Shown piece after piece: positions 13,201 to 26,200 of a stretch of DNA of 64,000 nt; position 1 is the stretch's first letter, and every line of letters starts with the position of its first letter. Position numbers and translations under genes: made by a program. The notes under the pieces were generated by a model. It was given only the letters and a program-made list of their open reading frames with translations. It had not been told where the DNA came from and did not search any database. The stretch is from Klebsormidium nitens. Lineage: Eukaryota > Plantae > Klebsormidiophyceae. The DNA lies in NCBI GenBank assembly GCA_000708835.1, contig DF237321.1:26334-90333 (forward strand). Direction: 5' to 3'.

Positions 13201-16200
13201 TGTTGGGCTATTTTGTATTCAAGAATCTTGATGGCGGTAGAAGAGGCGCTATATGTATGTTGGATCTCCTCATATCCCTTACAACCGCTTGCGCACGTTC
13301 CATAATCTGTAATTTGCAATACACCCGCTTCGACTACGAGGCAGCTTCTGACTGCAGACCTTCGATTGCATGCAGGCTCGCTCTCGCCCGTCGTTTTTAA
13401 TGAGCGCTCAGGAATCCGCAAGTCCTTCTTGGACATCGTCTGCTCTTGTCTAGCATGTAGCAGGTTGTCACGCGCTGACGGCAACGCTCTTCTGAAGATC
13501 AATTCGCTTTTCTTGACCGACAAGGACGCCAACGTCAGACTCCGCGTTCTCTCTTCAATCAGCAAGGGTCCGCAATGCCTTGGCTTGCTGACAGCTTCAG
13601 ATTCATTTCCCATCGTAGAAGCTATAATCAAGCGCCTCCTTGATAAGAGCAAGATCGTCCGTTTGAAAGCCCTCCAAACAATGGAACGCATTCTGGGCTA
13701 CCTTACAGATTCAAGACAGAAGCATTATGCAGCCGAAGAAGATGAAAGCTCTGGCACGGATCTCTTACGAACAAAGACGCAGATCCAGACCTCGCTCTTT
13801 CCTATGCTCGCAAGGATGCTCACCATCCCGCAAGATTCTCCATACTTTTGCAAAGAGTCTCTTCTCGGAGCAGCGCGACTCCTCTCGATGCCTTGCCAAA
13901 TCGGGGTTATTCAGCCTTACCTCGAGTCTCTGATTGCAATGAATCACTCACCTGACAGCCAAGCCCTTACAATAGAGGTACTGCAAGCGCACCTGGACTC
14001 CTACCAGGCCTGGAGCTCCTTCTTATGCTCCTCAAGTGACAGGGCACTAGTAAAACTGGACAGTTTTCTGAAGGAAGCTTCTGCGTCCTCTTCATCAGGA
14101 GGTTACGACGGAAACAAGATCGAACATTCAGGTAAAAATCTTCGTGAGCCATATTAACACTGTGTTCTCGTCCCCAATTTGAATCTCGTAATTTTTCTGG
14201 AGACTGCCCCTCAGACTAAGGTCATCTCTATATTGATCAAGGAAGCTTCTATCCACGTTGAAAGCCCAACGTCAGCCAACTATGGACTTTTGCAGGCGCT
14301 CCGCAGCAAAGATTTCCAAGCGAGAAGCACCAGAAGCTCGTTCTACAGGCTTTCAACATCATTTCACAGTTGCAAAGCAGGGAGCTTACGAAAGCAGAGG
14401 TTTTGGGTGCGCTCAAGGTCATCGTATTCCTCATGGCTCCACAAACTCCTGTCAGCACCAGGATGGGAGACCAGTTGCATTCTCTGGTGCTGTCTGTACG
14501 GTGGTCAGCGCAACTGCACGGATCGGTCGAGGAAAATGAGAGCACGTTAGACGGAAACGACTGCCTCAAGTGGAGCCTGAAGGTAAGCCTACAGAAGTAA
14601 CCTGAAGTGCAGCTCATTATTCCGTCTACAGTTAGATGTGCTCATGCTTGCTCTTAAGCTGCAGCTTTACCTACCGTTGATATATGAGCGTGTCCGTGCG
14701 AAGAAAGCATCATCTTTGCAAAGTAACGTGATCACATATGCATAACTAGATCCTGTAGATTCGAAATCTGGATATATCCCAACCTCTTGTGCAGACTTGT
14801 GCGACCGTGTCCAGAAAGCTGAATATCAAAACCTGGACCGAAGCAGAGGATTTGCTGCGGCTTCACTTCGTCTCCCTGTACCCCTCTCACAAAGAGGAGG
14901 TAATAGAGCTTCTCTACAGCATGGGAGATCCGCTCAGACTTTCTGAGGAGATTTTGAGGTGAGAACATGTGGTCGATACGACAGTCAGCACTTAAATTTT
15001 TCACGGCTCATCGAGATTCTCGAAGCACTACCTGACAGCTTGTATGATACAGATGCCTTAGTATTTCCAAGAGATGCTGACACCCGGTGCAGAAACGCAG
15101 CGATGGTTGACGGCACAGGTCTATTTCTGCGAGCTTCGGGAAGCTTTGTGTCTGCAGAGATCTCATAAACAATATCCCTGAGTTGCAGAGCATACGTAGA
15201 GGCTGGGGTGTTCACCAGTCCCCAGCATCTCGGGACTCTCGTCCACTTCGTTCAGTGGATTGGCGATATGTCTAGGAACTACAAGACTGCGGAGACGCTT
15301 TTCTTGAGCCAAATGAGAGACTCTCGGCACGTGAAGGAAAGAAGGACCTCCCGACTCGAAGATGGATTCGATTACATGGACGAAGAAGACGAGAAAGCAA
15401 ATGAGGAAGGCGAGTCTCCTCTAAACCGACATATTTGGAGGTTTCCGTTCAAGAACCCACAGCGCACGTCTGGATCTCGTCTAACTTCCTTTGATGAGAT
15501 AGTAGGAACCAGGTCTTCTTGTCAAAGAAAAATTTGACTCTGTCTCGTCAGCAGAAAAGGTTTCACACAGCTTGCGAGCAGATTGGTGACACTTGAGAGG
15601 GAGGAAAGTGCGATACATCGGTCCTTTCTCGTCGTGCAGATGCAGTGCAACACTTCGCGGCCTCTCTGCTCGCCGGGGACTCGGTCCCGGGCTGCTACGT
15701 CCCTGTTCTGGCCCACCTCGCTTCCAACCGCGAACTTCCTACCCTCCTGCGAACAGCAGCTGTGACAAGCCTCGGAAGCTTCTTGCTTCTCTCCCCCGAC
15801 CTTGCAAAGCAGCACAAGCATTTGGTGCAGGATCTCTTGAGAGAAGGGGCTCCGGAGATGAAACTCGCAGCACTTGAAGTCGCTTCTAAGCTAGTTCTGC
15901 AAGCCCCAAACGAGTATACGCCGGTCTTCGAGACCATCCAGCAGCTGTTGCTAAACTCCGACGTCAAAGAGACGGCCTACTGCGTCTTCGCGGAACTCCT
16001 TCTACAGCAGGTCCGTTCAATTGCTTCCAGAAAAAAATTCTGCTCTCCTGCAGTTTTTCGGTAAGAAGTAAGTCGCACTTACTGTCTGGTTGCTTTGGTC
16101 TGAAGCTCACTTAACGAAGCAGCGATGAAACCCGTCTTGCATCTGGTCATTCTTTATATCTTGCTTTATCTTGCAATTCCGTCTCAAGATCGTCCTTTTT

Positions 16201-17411
16201 CCTGCAACAGAAGCTGAGAGCTCACGTGTATCTGGGGGCCATTACCGCTGGCTTGGTGGACAGCTCTGCCAGGATCCAAAGCCTCATGGTCTTTGTGCTT
16301 CAAAGGCTCCTTGAAGACTCGGGGCGTGCAAGGTGAGACGGGGTGTAGTGGGACTTGTGCTTAATTGTCAAGAAGAAGCGTGTCTACGTTCAAGAGAACT
16401 TGGGTCTGTGCACTGAAACCGTTTCTTCGCTTCCTAAAGTCCTCGAGTTTCGCGCCTTAAGTAGAATTCCGTCAACGTAATGTTGAACGAAACCAGATTA
16501 AACTGCAAACTTCGGCTTTTCGTTGTACCTTTTGACGTGACGTGACTCTTTGCACAAGCAGATTGTTGGCTTTTTCCCCTCAGGTACAAGATCGTGGTCG
16601 ACGCATACAAGCAGAGCGCGCCGGAAGTCAGGACGGGCCTGCTGGAAACCTTGTTGGACGGCTTCCTGGACGAGAAGGATCTGAAAGCGGACGACTTGGC
16701 GAGCCACGTTCTGCAGCTGCTGGTGCTCGGAACTGAAGGGGCTGCAGAGTTTGCCGCGCACTTGAGCCCTTCCGCAAAGGTTCTGCAACAGTTGGACGCC
16801 CACGTCCAGGTCAGTGGCATCCGTCTTCGACATAATGACAAAGCTACAGCAACAAAAGGAAAACAACTTTGCTCGCCTTTCCGGCAAACCTTACTTCCAT
16901 CTTACGCTACCGAAGAGATTGTTGCAGCCATATTTCAGACTTTTGCGCTGTTCGCCAACGAAACAGCGCCGGTTAGCCTTCATTCGTAAAATCTTGTTTC
17001 GTTTGTTTTGATCAAGTCAGGCAGCTGGTGGACGTATCGATGTTACAGCACATGCTTCAGGACCTGTCCTCGGGTTTCGCCTCTTTCTGACCCTCTTTGC
17101 ACACCACGCTGCCGCAGGCCTGCCCTCCTCGGATCTCTCTCTCGAACGACCCGGAATCCGTCGAAGCCCTCTGCAAGTTTGTCGCAAACCACCGGAAGCA
17201 TTCTTCCGCAACGACCGCAAGCAAGGATCTTGTGAACAGGCTGCTCGACCACTTCCAGAAAAAGACTCGGAGGCGCAAACGACGTGCGGAGATTAGCACT
17301 GCGCCAGAAAGCTCGTCTTTGGGAGCTATTGAAGAGTACGCTAGAGCGGTCGACGCTTTCAACGAGAAGGCCGATGCGAGCAGCATATATGAGATTATTG
17401 GTGATGGATAG
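10274..17411 (+). CDS. Divergent condensin non-SMC HEAT subunit, CAP-D2/Cnd1-like
   Basis: The exon within ORF 13366-14157 has ERSGIRKSFLDIV / FLTDKDANVRLRVL / RLLDKSKIVRLKALQ, aligning by eye to CAP-D2 ESYSLRNALVGVL / RCRDVSAYTRSRVL / RLEDKSAIVRKSAL. C-terminal exons (~15640-16010, 16211-16332, 16584-16809, 17118-17411) follow the Cnd1 domain order. The start (10274, GC donor at 10340) and the exons between 10.7 and 15.6 kb are only partly resolved. Confidence 0.7.
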
Positions 17412-18412
17412 CCTGTACGTGAGTCCGATGGTGGCCTGGCGATGTCTGGCGCTAAGTGCTTTGGTAAACCAGAGAAACAGAGTGTTCACAAGGAAGCCTC
17501 TCATGCAAAGAAAGGGACAAATTTGATCTGGTCGGGGGACGCGCACGCGCTTCAAGGGGTACAGTTGCCGTCCTTGTAAAAGTATGTCTCAGGGCGCAAT
17601 CGGTTCTTCGCGGATCGCTCGGCGAATCAAGGCGTCAGAAAGGCGGTTCGCTTTCCCGGGCCCTGGAGGCCCCGATTGAGGATTAATATACCGTAAGAGA
17701 ATGTTGAAAACGTACTGCCACCGGATGTAATTGATGGATCGGAGATGGATTACTGTAGGAGAAAAAGCTTGGCCGACTGAGCATCCAACTAAGCATGCTG
17801 GAGTACACCCACAAATATATCATGCAGTGGCATACATGCATGCTGCCTTGTCTGGCCGGACTCAATCGCATCGCCCTTTTTGCGGCGTGCCAACATGCAT
17901 GATCAAGTCACGCGTCGGAGGGGCTTAATTTAGCCGCGGATGCCTTGTAAACGCCTTAATGCCATGATGCGCCTTGTGAACGTACTAGCCGGGCCCGTGT
18001 GACCTCCGACATAGCTGCACTCACACGCATCACTCACCATGATGCAGCCGCGCTAAGTAGGCTAGTATGGCAGGATACCTAGCCATACTCAGCGGTGCAT
18101 ACATAACCATTGAATCGCAAGACTCGGCAGGAATGCATCAGATGCATATTAAGGATATCAATTTAAGGAATAGCCTAGGTGCTCCGGTTAAGAGAACAAC
18201 TGCGTACCCATAGATGCAGCTGCGCGCAACCACTGTAGCGGGCCTCAATAACCCATTCCCCAGGCTCCATCAAGGATTGACGCATGTTCCGCAACGAAAG
18301 GCTGTGGAGCTGTTCGATTCAAGAACACTCCGACTTTTTGCGTCTTTAAAGCACGGTACCACGTGTGTTCGAACAAGCACCTCGCTTCCAGATCATGATT
18401 ACCACAGGCTCG

Positions 18413-21400
18413 CTATAGAAGTTTGAGATGACCCGTTACGTCGTCAACTAGTTTCGCCGGACCTGCAAAGAATTGAAATGAGAGTAAGGGTATGGCAGCA
18501 AACAGGACGAAATCCTGCTTCAAAGTTCCCCGCATTGAGGTAGTGTGAACGAGGAAGGCGCGAGGATAAGGATCAAGAGCGAGCAATCGAGTATGGTGAC
18601 ATCCGAGCCTCTTATACGGCGAATCCAAAGTATGCTCACCTACGATCGCCATGACAGTCCGAGAGTCTGCAAATCGACAGGGGCGTCAGTAGATACCGGG
18701 ATAGACGGATAAAAGTCTTTCTAAGCGTTCCAATCCGATATTGCGAGGAGATCAAACTAGATTGCTGAAGTGCTAAGGCACCCATGTAGTGATATCTGAC
18801 GGTTCGTAGTACTACAGCATTGCTGCTCAATCGCCTTCTGTTTCGTGATTCCAATCTGCTTGGACGACCTCTTCCTTACGAGCAAAAGTGGACGACCAGC
18901 GCCGAGTCAACCGTGCGGTGCCGGTCATCGCGGACTACCGTAAGCAACCTTTGCGTGCTCAACTGTCATCATCAGACTCACGTAGATGCAGATTTCTCCG
19001 CAATAAGACATTTGTCACTTACTTGGAGCAATCTGCGTGCGTCCCGCATCTATGGTGATATGGGTCGGCAAACCGACCGCCCTAGCTTGACTCTGCAAGA
19101 ACGGAAGTCGAATGAGACAAAGTCGGGCAAGCCACAGAGCCTCCTGCTCGTGCCCATCTTGATTTTGCTGCTTCGTTTCTCCACTTAACTGCCTCATTGA
19201 CTTTATCTACGCGTCGGATTAATACGCCTATGCCAAGCCTGCCGCAGATTTCTTCTTGATTCGAACGGGTCATTTTTTGTCTATCGGTAAGCAAGATGGT
19301 TTGTAATCAGTGCTGACGTTTCCCGTCAAGTTGTTTTTGACCCTCAGCGGAATCATGCCCCGGCGAATCTGCACGCTTCCGTCTCCTTTATGCCAACGAA
19401 CCACCTCAAGATTTAAGCCTCAACTCTGCGTAACATGCAACACGATGACATCCTGACAAATTGCGGTCCTGATGTAACGGCGCTCCGAACCACGTAATCT
19501 GCGGAAGTATCCGCCGTTGACTCGTAGCATTCTGATTCCAAAGCATGCTTACCTGCAAAGCGAGAATGTCGGCTTCCGTCTCGGCCTTGACAACGACCTT
19601 CACTTGGGCGCAGTACTCCCATCTGCGAGCGAACCAAGACGGACGCGTTCATCAAAGTTGTGGCGACTGCAATGTCCGTAATGCAACACCTTTGGTCGCC
19701 TGTCAATTTCAAAGCAGGCCTTACGACGTCTCAAATTCTACTCACATGATCAAAACTTTGAGACATTAATCTCGTCTCCAGATTTGAGGGCGACCGCATA
19801 CAGTACGAAAAAGACCTGCAAATTGCTGGTGACATCAACCCTCGCAGGCGAACAGCCCCGAAACCAGTCATCCTCACCTCCGAAGTATTGAGGGCCCTCG
19901 TCTCAGAAGGTGCTTATATACCCCCAATGTTGCGTGGCTGCACAACAAACGCCGTTTTCAGGAAGCTGTCACCAAACAACGAGGACAAAGGCAGAGACGA
20001 CTCCTTCTGAATCTGCACAAATTGCTCTAGAGTTGCCACAGGCGAGAGTTGGCAAGGGCACTGGCTGTGCACACCAGAGTCTGCTTTAGGCCTGCCACCC
20101 ACATGGTTGATCTTTTGAACAGTCATTCAAAATCGTCCAGATCCTCTGAGATCAGTAGGGAAAGGGGTCTCTCACAGGTGGATTCGTCGGACCGCATTGC
20201 TTGCTTCCAAGAGCAAACAGTCACTTGCATCACGATACCAGAATATGAGAAGCAATTGCCATGCATTCCGGAACCCACCTGCACTGAGCAGCGATTTTGC
20301 CCTTCCCCATCTTCAGGTCGTTCCGAACCACCAGCACCTGAGCGACAGCATTAGTGTGATGTCAGCAAGACAATCATTGAGGATGGTTGTCAAGGCATGA
20401 ATGGGTTAGACCATTGCTTTACGGTATCGGAGCTGAAGGGGGGAATCAAAGGGGCAAACACCGGCAAATTGAAACCTGAGAAGTTGGAGTTGATGAACGT
20501 CTAATGTGTGATCAAGCAGTCCAACTGAGGTGGGACCGAGGATTCTACTCAAAGAATCTGCATCGGTCCCGGTGCCTGTTCAGATTGGCCTCTAGTCCTG
20601 AGCTCCTGCTGATATGTAACAAACGGATGACCTACTTTCTGAAGAAACCCCCATACATTCCGATGTCAATTCGTCCAGGTAGACCGTCTAACCCACAGAA
20701 CTCACTTGCAGGACAATCAAACTCTGGAGGTGACCAGAAGGTGGAAGCGCGCCCCACGCAGAAAGCTGACGGTTTCAAGCATTAAGCCTGGTCAAATGAA
20801 CCTACTAGGACCTCGATGTCGTATGAAAGCACCCTTCAACAACTTGGTAAGCCTTCAAGACAAAGTCGGCTCCTACAATCCCATTTCATCTCTCATAAAG
20901 GAAAAAAGTTGAAGACACGGTACGCACCATCTTAAAGTCCTCGTACTTCTTCGCCAGCTCCTCATACTCATCAACGCCAGAGTTCGCAGATGGCATGTCC
21001 TCTTCTGCATCGCTCTCATCTTCTTCCTCCTCTCCATCGACTTCCTCTTCCTCCTCTAATTCTGTGCTTTGTGGAAGTTTTGGGTACTGCAGCGTCACCC
21101 CCAGGTACCAACCTGCATCAACAATTGAGGCGCAGTTGTTGTGTGAACAATGAGGCCATCAATTTGCAGAGGAAGGTCACAGACCATCACATTCTGATGG
21201 TCTACTGTATTGCATTGCTACCTTACACAACATCATTGAAACTGACACAGCCTCAATGAGTGTGTTGCAAGTGCAAATCCAAGCTACGTGTTCTATATGC
21301 CTCTCCAAGACATTGTAAGATCAGTTTGGGATTGGATTGGCAGCCCCATCAATCCCCTCGGTGCACTTGCAAGGGCAATCACCACTTATAAGCTGCAACG

Positions 21401-21519
21401 GTTTAAGGGCCTCCCGCTTTAAGCTGCACAGAGAACATTCTGTTGAGCTCACCAAGGAACAATGCACCAGCAGCGACTCCCAGAAACTGATACAGAGACG
21501 CCACTTGCGCTGCCGCCAT
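18413..21519 (-). CDS. PTH2: Peptidyl-tRNA hydrolase 2 with N-terminal membrane anchor and acidic linker
   Basis: Exons 21519-21453, 21112-20928, 20337-20279, 19937-19878, 19622-19553, 19092-19023, 18666-18640, 18462-18413 are all phase-compatible. Motifs: [68 protein letters not shown]. Confidence 0.95.
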
Positions 21520-23295
21520 GGTAGCAGGATGTACCGTAGCGAGAGCTTTCTGAAGAAGCTTTGAGAAGCGCAATGGACCGGCCTGCAATGGAATACTACT
21601 TTTAAGTTAAAAGACGAGCGAAGAGGAAGAGGTGGATGGACGCCCATGCACTACAAATAAGATGGAGGCTTTTCATTGGCTTGCCTTTCAAAGGGAACCC
21701 GTAGGAATTGATCACGAACGAATGATTGGCGGAACATTCAGACCGCAATCGTAGACTGGCCGTTGGCTTAGCCAGATTTCGATGCGGAAGGTTTGGTGCC
21801 GATCGTCCTGGCCGGACTTTGCCAAATGATTATCATGCATGGCGCGACATGCATGACACTATCTTTTAAAATCGAAACGAAGCTCCGCATTATCCGGCAT
21901 AATAAGGGACCGCCAGACTATATTAACGTGCTTCGTCGGGTTCACCTGCTTCGGCAGCTGGTATCTTTGGGTTACTTATCGGGTTTAGTGTTGATGGCCA
22001 TCTTTGGTGCTATGCGGGTTAATGTGGGTTAAGTTATCGAGAGAAGGCGCATGGCCAGTATGGTCTGGGCGCTGTGCGCGGCATGGGGCGCCGGCCTCTG
22101 CGCGCAACTTTAGACTGTCCGATTACGAGAAGGAAGAGATCGGACGGCTCAAACTCAGCAAGCACACAAAGGCAAGCCACGGTTCCCCGCAGGGGAACCA
22201 TTCGGGTCACCGCTCGTTCCTCAAAGCACAAAATTCTGGCGAACCCTGGGAAATGCAGGCGATGACCCGCATGACGGTTTTGGTGCCCGGCGTGACGGTG
22301 GCGACACCTTGACCCTGAGGGTGACGCGACTTACCGGCAACTCAAGACCGTTGCCGGTGCCGGTCTCAGGAAGACCAAACGGTAATGGTACTCAAACCGT
22401 GCACGGTGAAAGCATCTGTGGAGAGCATTGATCAGTTGTCACTATTTCAAAAATGTCGAAAACTTGTAAAACCCTCTGCCTTGGCCATTGGCATGGGTGC
22501 TGGGATTTGGGCATCACAAGGGCGGGTTGGAAGGGCCTGCGATTTGCAAGTACCAGTGCTGAGCAGGTTGTCTGTCTAACTAAGGCATCTGGTGAGCGCC
22601 AAAGGATTATTGAGGTTGCTGCTGATTGCGCAGCGCATAGTCAGATGATGCGGCGCTTATGGCGACCAGCTTGCTCGCAACCTACGGGCCGCACAGGCTC
22701 CTACGAACAGGCGTTTTGAGCAAGCAAGATTCAAGGGGCTCTTTCCGACACACGGCGTCTCAAGGTGTGTCATCTGCACCATAAGCACTGTCTGTGATGC
22801 TGGATTCTCTTTTGCATGCAAAGAGGAAGAAATTGTTCTTGTCCCGTCATGATCTTCCTATGTTCCAGCGAGCCACTTCGGCGCTCAACTTGTTGCCCTC
22901 TATGCCTCTTTGTAGCAAGGTTGATCTGCAAGGAGGCACCAGATGTGGCCCACTCAAGTATGTCTATGTTTCTCATAGCCCCTATCTTTTTGGCCAGTAT
23001 CGCGAATTCCTGCGGGAGTCTCTGCCACCACCACTGGAAAGCGCTGTCTCTCGTCTTCAAACTCCTATGAGGATTTTGCGTGCTGCCGCTCGTTAAGAAG
23101 CGATTCAATCGTGTCACATCAAAGCTCCACTTCAAGGCCCCAAGGCACACTCCACCGGATTTGAAGTGTGCCGGTGGTAAACTTTTGCCACCACTGCTGA
23201 AAAGTCTACATATGTGTCCGTTCGCAGGGAGCTCGTGCACAGCCACCTGTCAAGTAGGACGCCAGGTGACGGACACTTTCTTACAACGGAGAACC

Positions 23296-26200
23296 ATGTT
23301 CCATCTTCAGAGAGCAGCAGGTGAGACGCTTCCGCGCAATAGATGACTACTGACCTTGAGCAAGTTCTCAGACCACAGTAACAGAAGCAGCGGTTTACCT
23401 TTTGTTTGAAGTTCCCTTGGCGAAAGGTTTGCTCAGCTTGTTAGCTGCCAACTAAAGAACTCTTTAGGCAGTTGACGGTGTTTTGCGCCATCGAAGCGTG
23501 AGAAACCTGTAGTTTGTCTGCCGCTTGTTTCAAGTTTCATAGATTTGTACCCCTGTGTCATTCCCTTGTCCTTCTTCATCCACCGCCTCCACCTTAAACC
23601 GTTTCGAAGCCTGCACAAGTAACCAGTCAGTCACACCTCTCTCGCGCTCTACAAAGAACCATTCATCCTGAATCGGACTTTATCATCTCCCCTCTTCCAG
23701 GTGCCCGCCGCCGTTGCGCCCCCCGCTATCTTTCGACTTTTGCTCGAGCGTTCGCAAGCCCCAATCCGCAAGCCCCCGGCGAGTCTCAAGCTCGGCCTCC
23801 GTTCCCACCACTCAGAAGCCGCCACCCTGCGGAAGCGAATTCAACCCCCGATCACTCCCATAATGGCAGTGACGGAAACGGCTTCCGGGGTCCTTTGTCG
23901 CTGGAAGATACTAGAAGTGAAGCCCCAGGGGGGGGCGATTTGACACCGGAAAAGAGACCCCCGGTGGCTGCTGTGTTGGCTGAGATGCGCCAGAGGTTGA
24001 AGAGAGCCAACGGGAAGCGAGCGGGAACTGCCGGTGCAGCAACGGGGCCTTCAGACGGGCGGGCAGAGTCGTCTAAGAGGCAAGCTGCTATTATGGATGT
24101 TACGAGGAATAGAGAGCGGCCTCATCTCCCCGCTTTCAAGCACGCCCCCCCAATCGCGGTGCTATCTGCGCAGGCAGCGCAAAGTGCGGTGGAGCCCATT
24201 GCGAATGAACTGCTGACGCTTGAAGCGCCTTCCCTCAACACAGAAGTGTACCAAAGCACTCCTTCAGAAGTAGCGGGCAACGGCCAGTATAAGGCTACAG
24301 AACTGCACGACCGGTCTGGGTTTGACGACGAAATTAGCAGTTCCGTCGCCGGAGACTTGCTGTCGTTTCGTCAAAGTCCCCCCCAGAGCCTTCAAACGCA
24401 ACCTCCCCGGACCCCTCCTTCGGTGATATCTTCCTGGAGTCTTCCCCCGAGTCTTTTCCCTGGTCAAAAACCCTCCAAGAATTCTCCAGTTGAGGTGAGG
24501 CCAGAAAATCCCGATGCAGCCAGCAGTAGCGCCCCGCCAGACTCCCCAAACGGCCCAACTTCTCTGCGGAGGTTGCCTCCGATGAAGCTGCGGAGTCGCA
24601 GCCTGTTCAGACGGAAAGTGGGACTGGGCGGGGAGCGATCGGAAGACGGAGCCGGTTCGAGTGGTCGTGCGGACGAGGGCAGCCGTACGTTAAGCGACCG
24701 AAGCGCTTCGAGTGGGGAAAACGTTTCTAGAACCGCGGAGCCGAGTAGTGGGGAAACGGGAGGAGTTGGATGGAGCGCGACTGAGCGGAACGGAAGTAGT
24801 CTTGACGAGTCACAAGCAGCGGGAAGAGAAAGGCCCCTCGAGGGCGCGTTGAAAGGAGAACTTGAGGGGGCCATTCCGCTAACTGAGTGGATGCACGCTG
24901 CTAGAGCGTCGGAGCCGCTGCGCACTTCTGCAGATTCTAGGGGGTCACAGCCATTGAGTGTCCTAGAAAACGCGGAAGAGATTAGTTGTATAGAAAGCGC
25001 AGACTTGGATGTACAGAGGCTGTCTTTAGATGCAGACGACGATGCGCTCTTGACAGAGTGGTTAGGACCCTCTAACAGGTTTAGCGGAGCTCCGGAGAGC
25101 GAAGGGTTAGACCTAGATTCTTCCGGGTCATCAAGCTCTAGTCAGCAAACGGAAATAAGTCAAACGGAAGTCGAGAACGGCAGCCAGACAGCGGCGGGCA
25201 TTTTAGAAGCGGAGTTAAGGGGCGGAGGGGGGGAAGCGACGCCCCTAACCGAGTGGTTGACACCGTCGGGGGACGATACAGCGGTTCTTAGCCTAGACGA
25301 ATCCCCTGTGTCATCTTCCCAGGCGCCGCTCACAGAATGGCGGCCAGAAACAGGGCGGGACGGAGTTGGCGGCGCTAGTCGAGCTTCTTCAGAAACGAGA
25401 TTCCGGCTTCCGATTCCGTTGGTCGAACCAACTTCGAGCGTCCGGACTGGGCAGCGGGCCCAGTTTCGAAAGTTTTTGCCGAAGGTTTCGGACCGGCTCG
25501 CGTTTCGAGGTGAACTGCTTCCGAAAATGTCGCCGACCGTCGAGCAGGCCAATCGGACGTCGGATAATGCGAACGGTACAAACGCTTTAGGGCGTTCAGG
25601 AGCTTTAGATGATTCAGACAGTTCTGGGCGCTTTTCGGACGGGGCTCAAAGCATCTCAGACGCCTTTCATAGCAAACCCCAGAGCGGACCCCCTAGCCAA
25701 TCAAATGGCGCCCCCAGGGGTTCGGACAGCGCCTCAAGCGTTTCGGACGGGCCTCAAAGCTTTTCGGACGTTGCTGGTAGCCTTTCGGACGCGTCCCGGA
25801 GCCTTTCGGACGGCTCACAAGCAGTATCAGTCGTCTCAAAAAGCCTCTCGGACGCTTTTTCGCTCGCTTCGGACGGTCCCAAGACCGCGCCGGACGGTCC
25901 AAAGAGCGCTTCGGACGGTCCGGACGAGCAGCGGACGCCCGAGTGGTACGCGCTGCGGCGGTGGCGGCTGACTGCGAGCGCATTCGCGAGCGCGGTCGGG
26001 TTCTTCCCGGAGCAGCGGCTGCGACTGTGGGAGGAGAAACTAGAGCTGCGGGAGCCGTTCCGCGGGAACCAGGCGACCGTTTGGGGCACAAAACAGGTGG
26101 GTTACAGCTTGGGTTAAGGGGTAAAGCAGTTTAGATCCTCTGTTTTGAGTCTCTTCTGAGCAAGTAAGTTCAGATTCTTGGGATGAGAAATTGGAGTTAC

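Noticed and set aside
22004-23246. ORFs 22004-22312 (+), 22453-22719 (+) and 22770-23246 (-), plus isolated splice signals
   Set aside because: No recognisable homology. They may be UTR exons of PTH2 or the YqaJ gene (minus donor at ~22332, plus donor at 22592), but no consistent model could be built.
24264-26091. Several long minus-strand ORFs (e.g. 24464-24925, 25160-25552, 25693-26091)
   Set aside because: Antisense shadows of the GC-rich YqaJ exon; no recognisable domains or independent splice structure.
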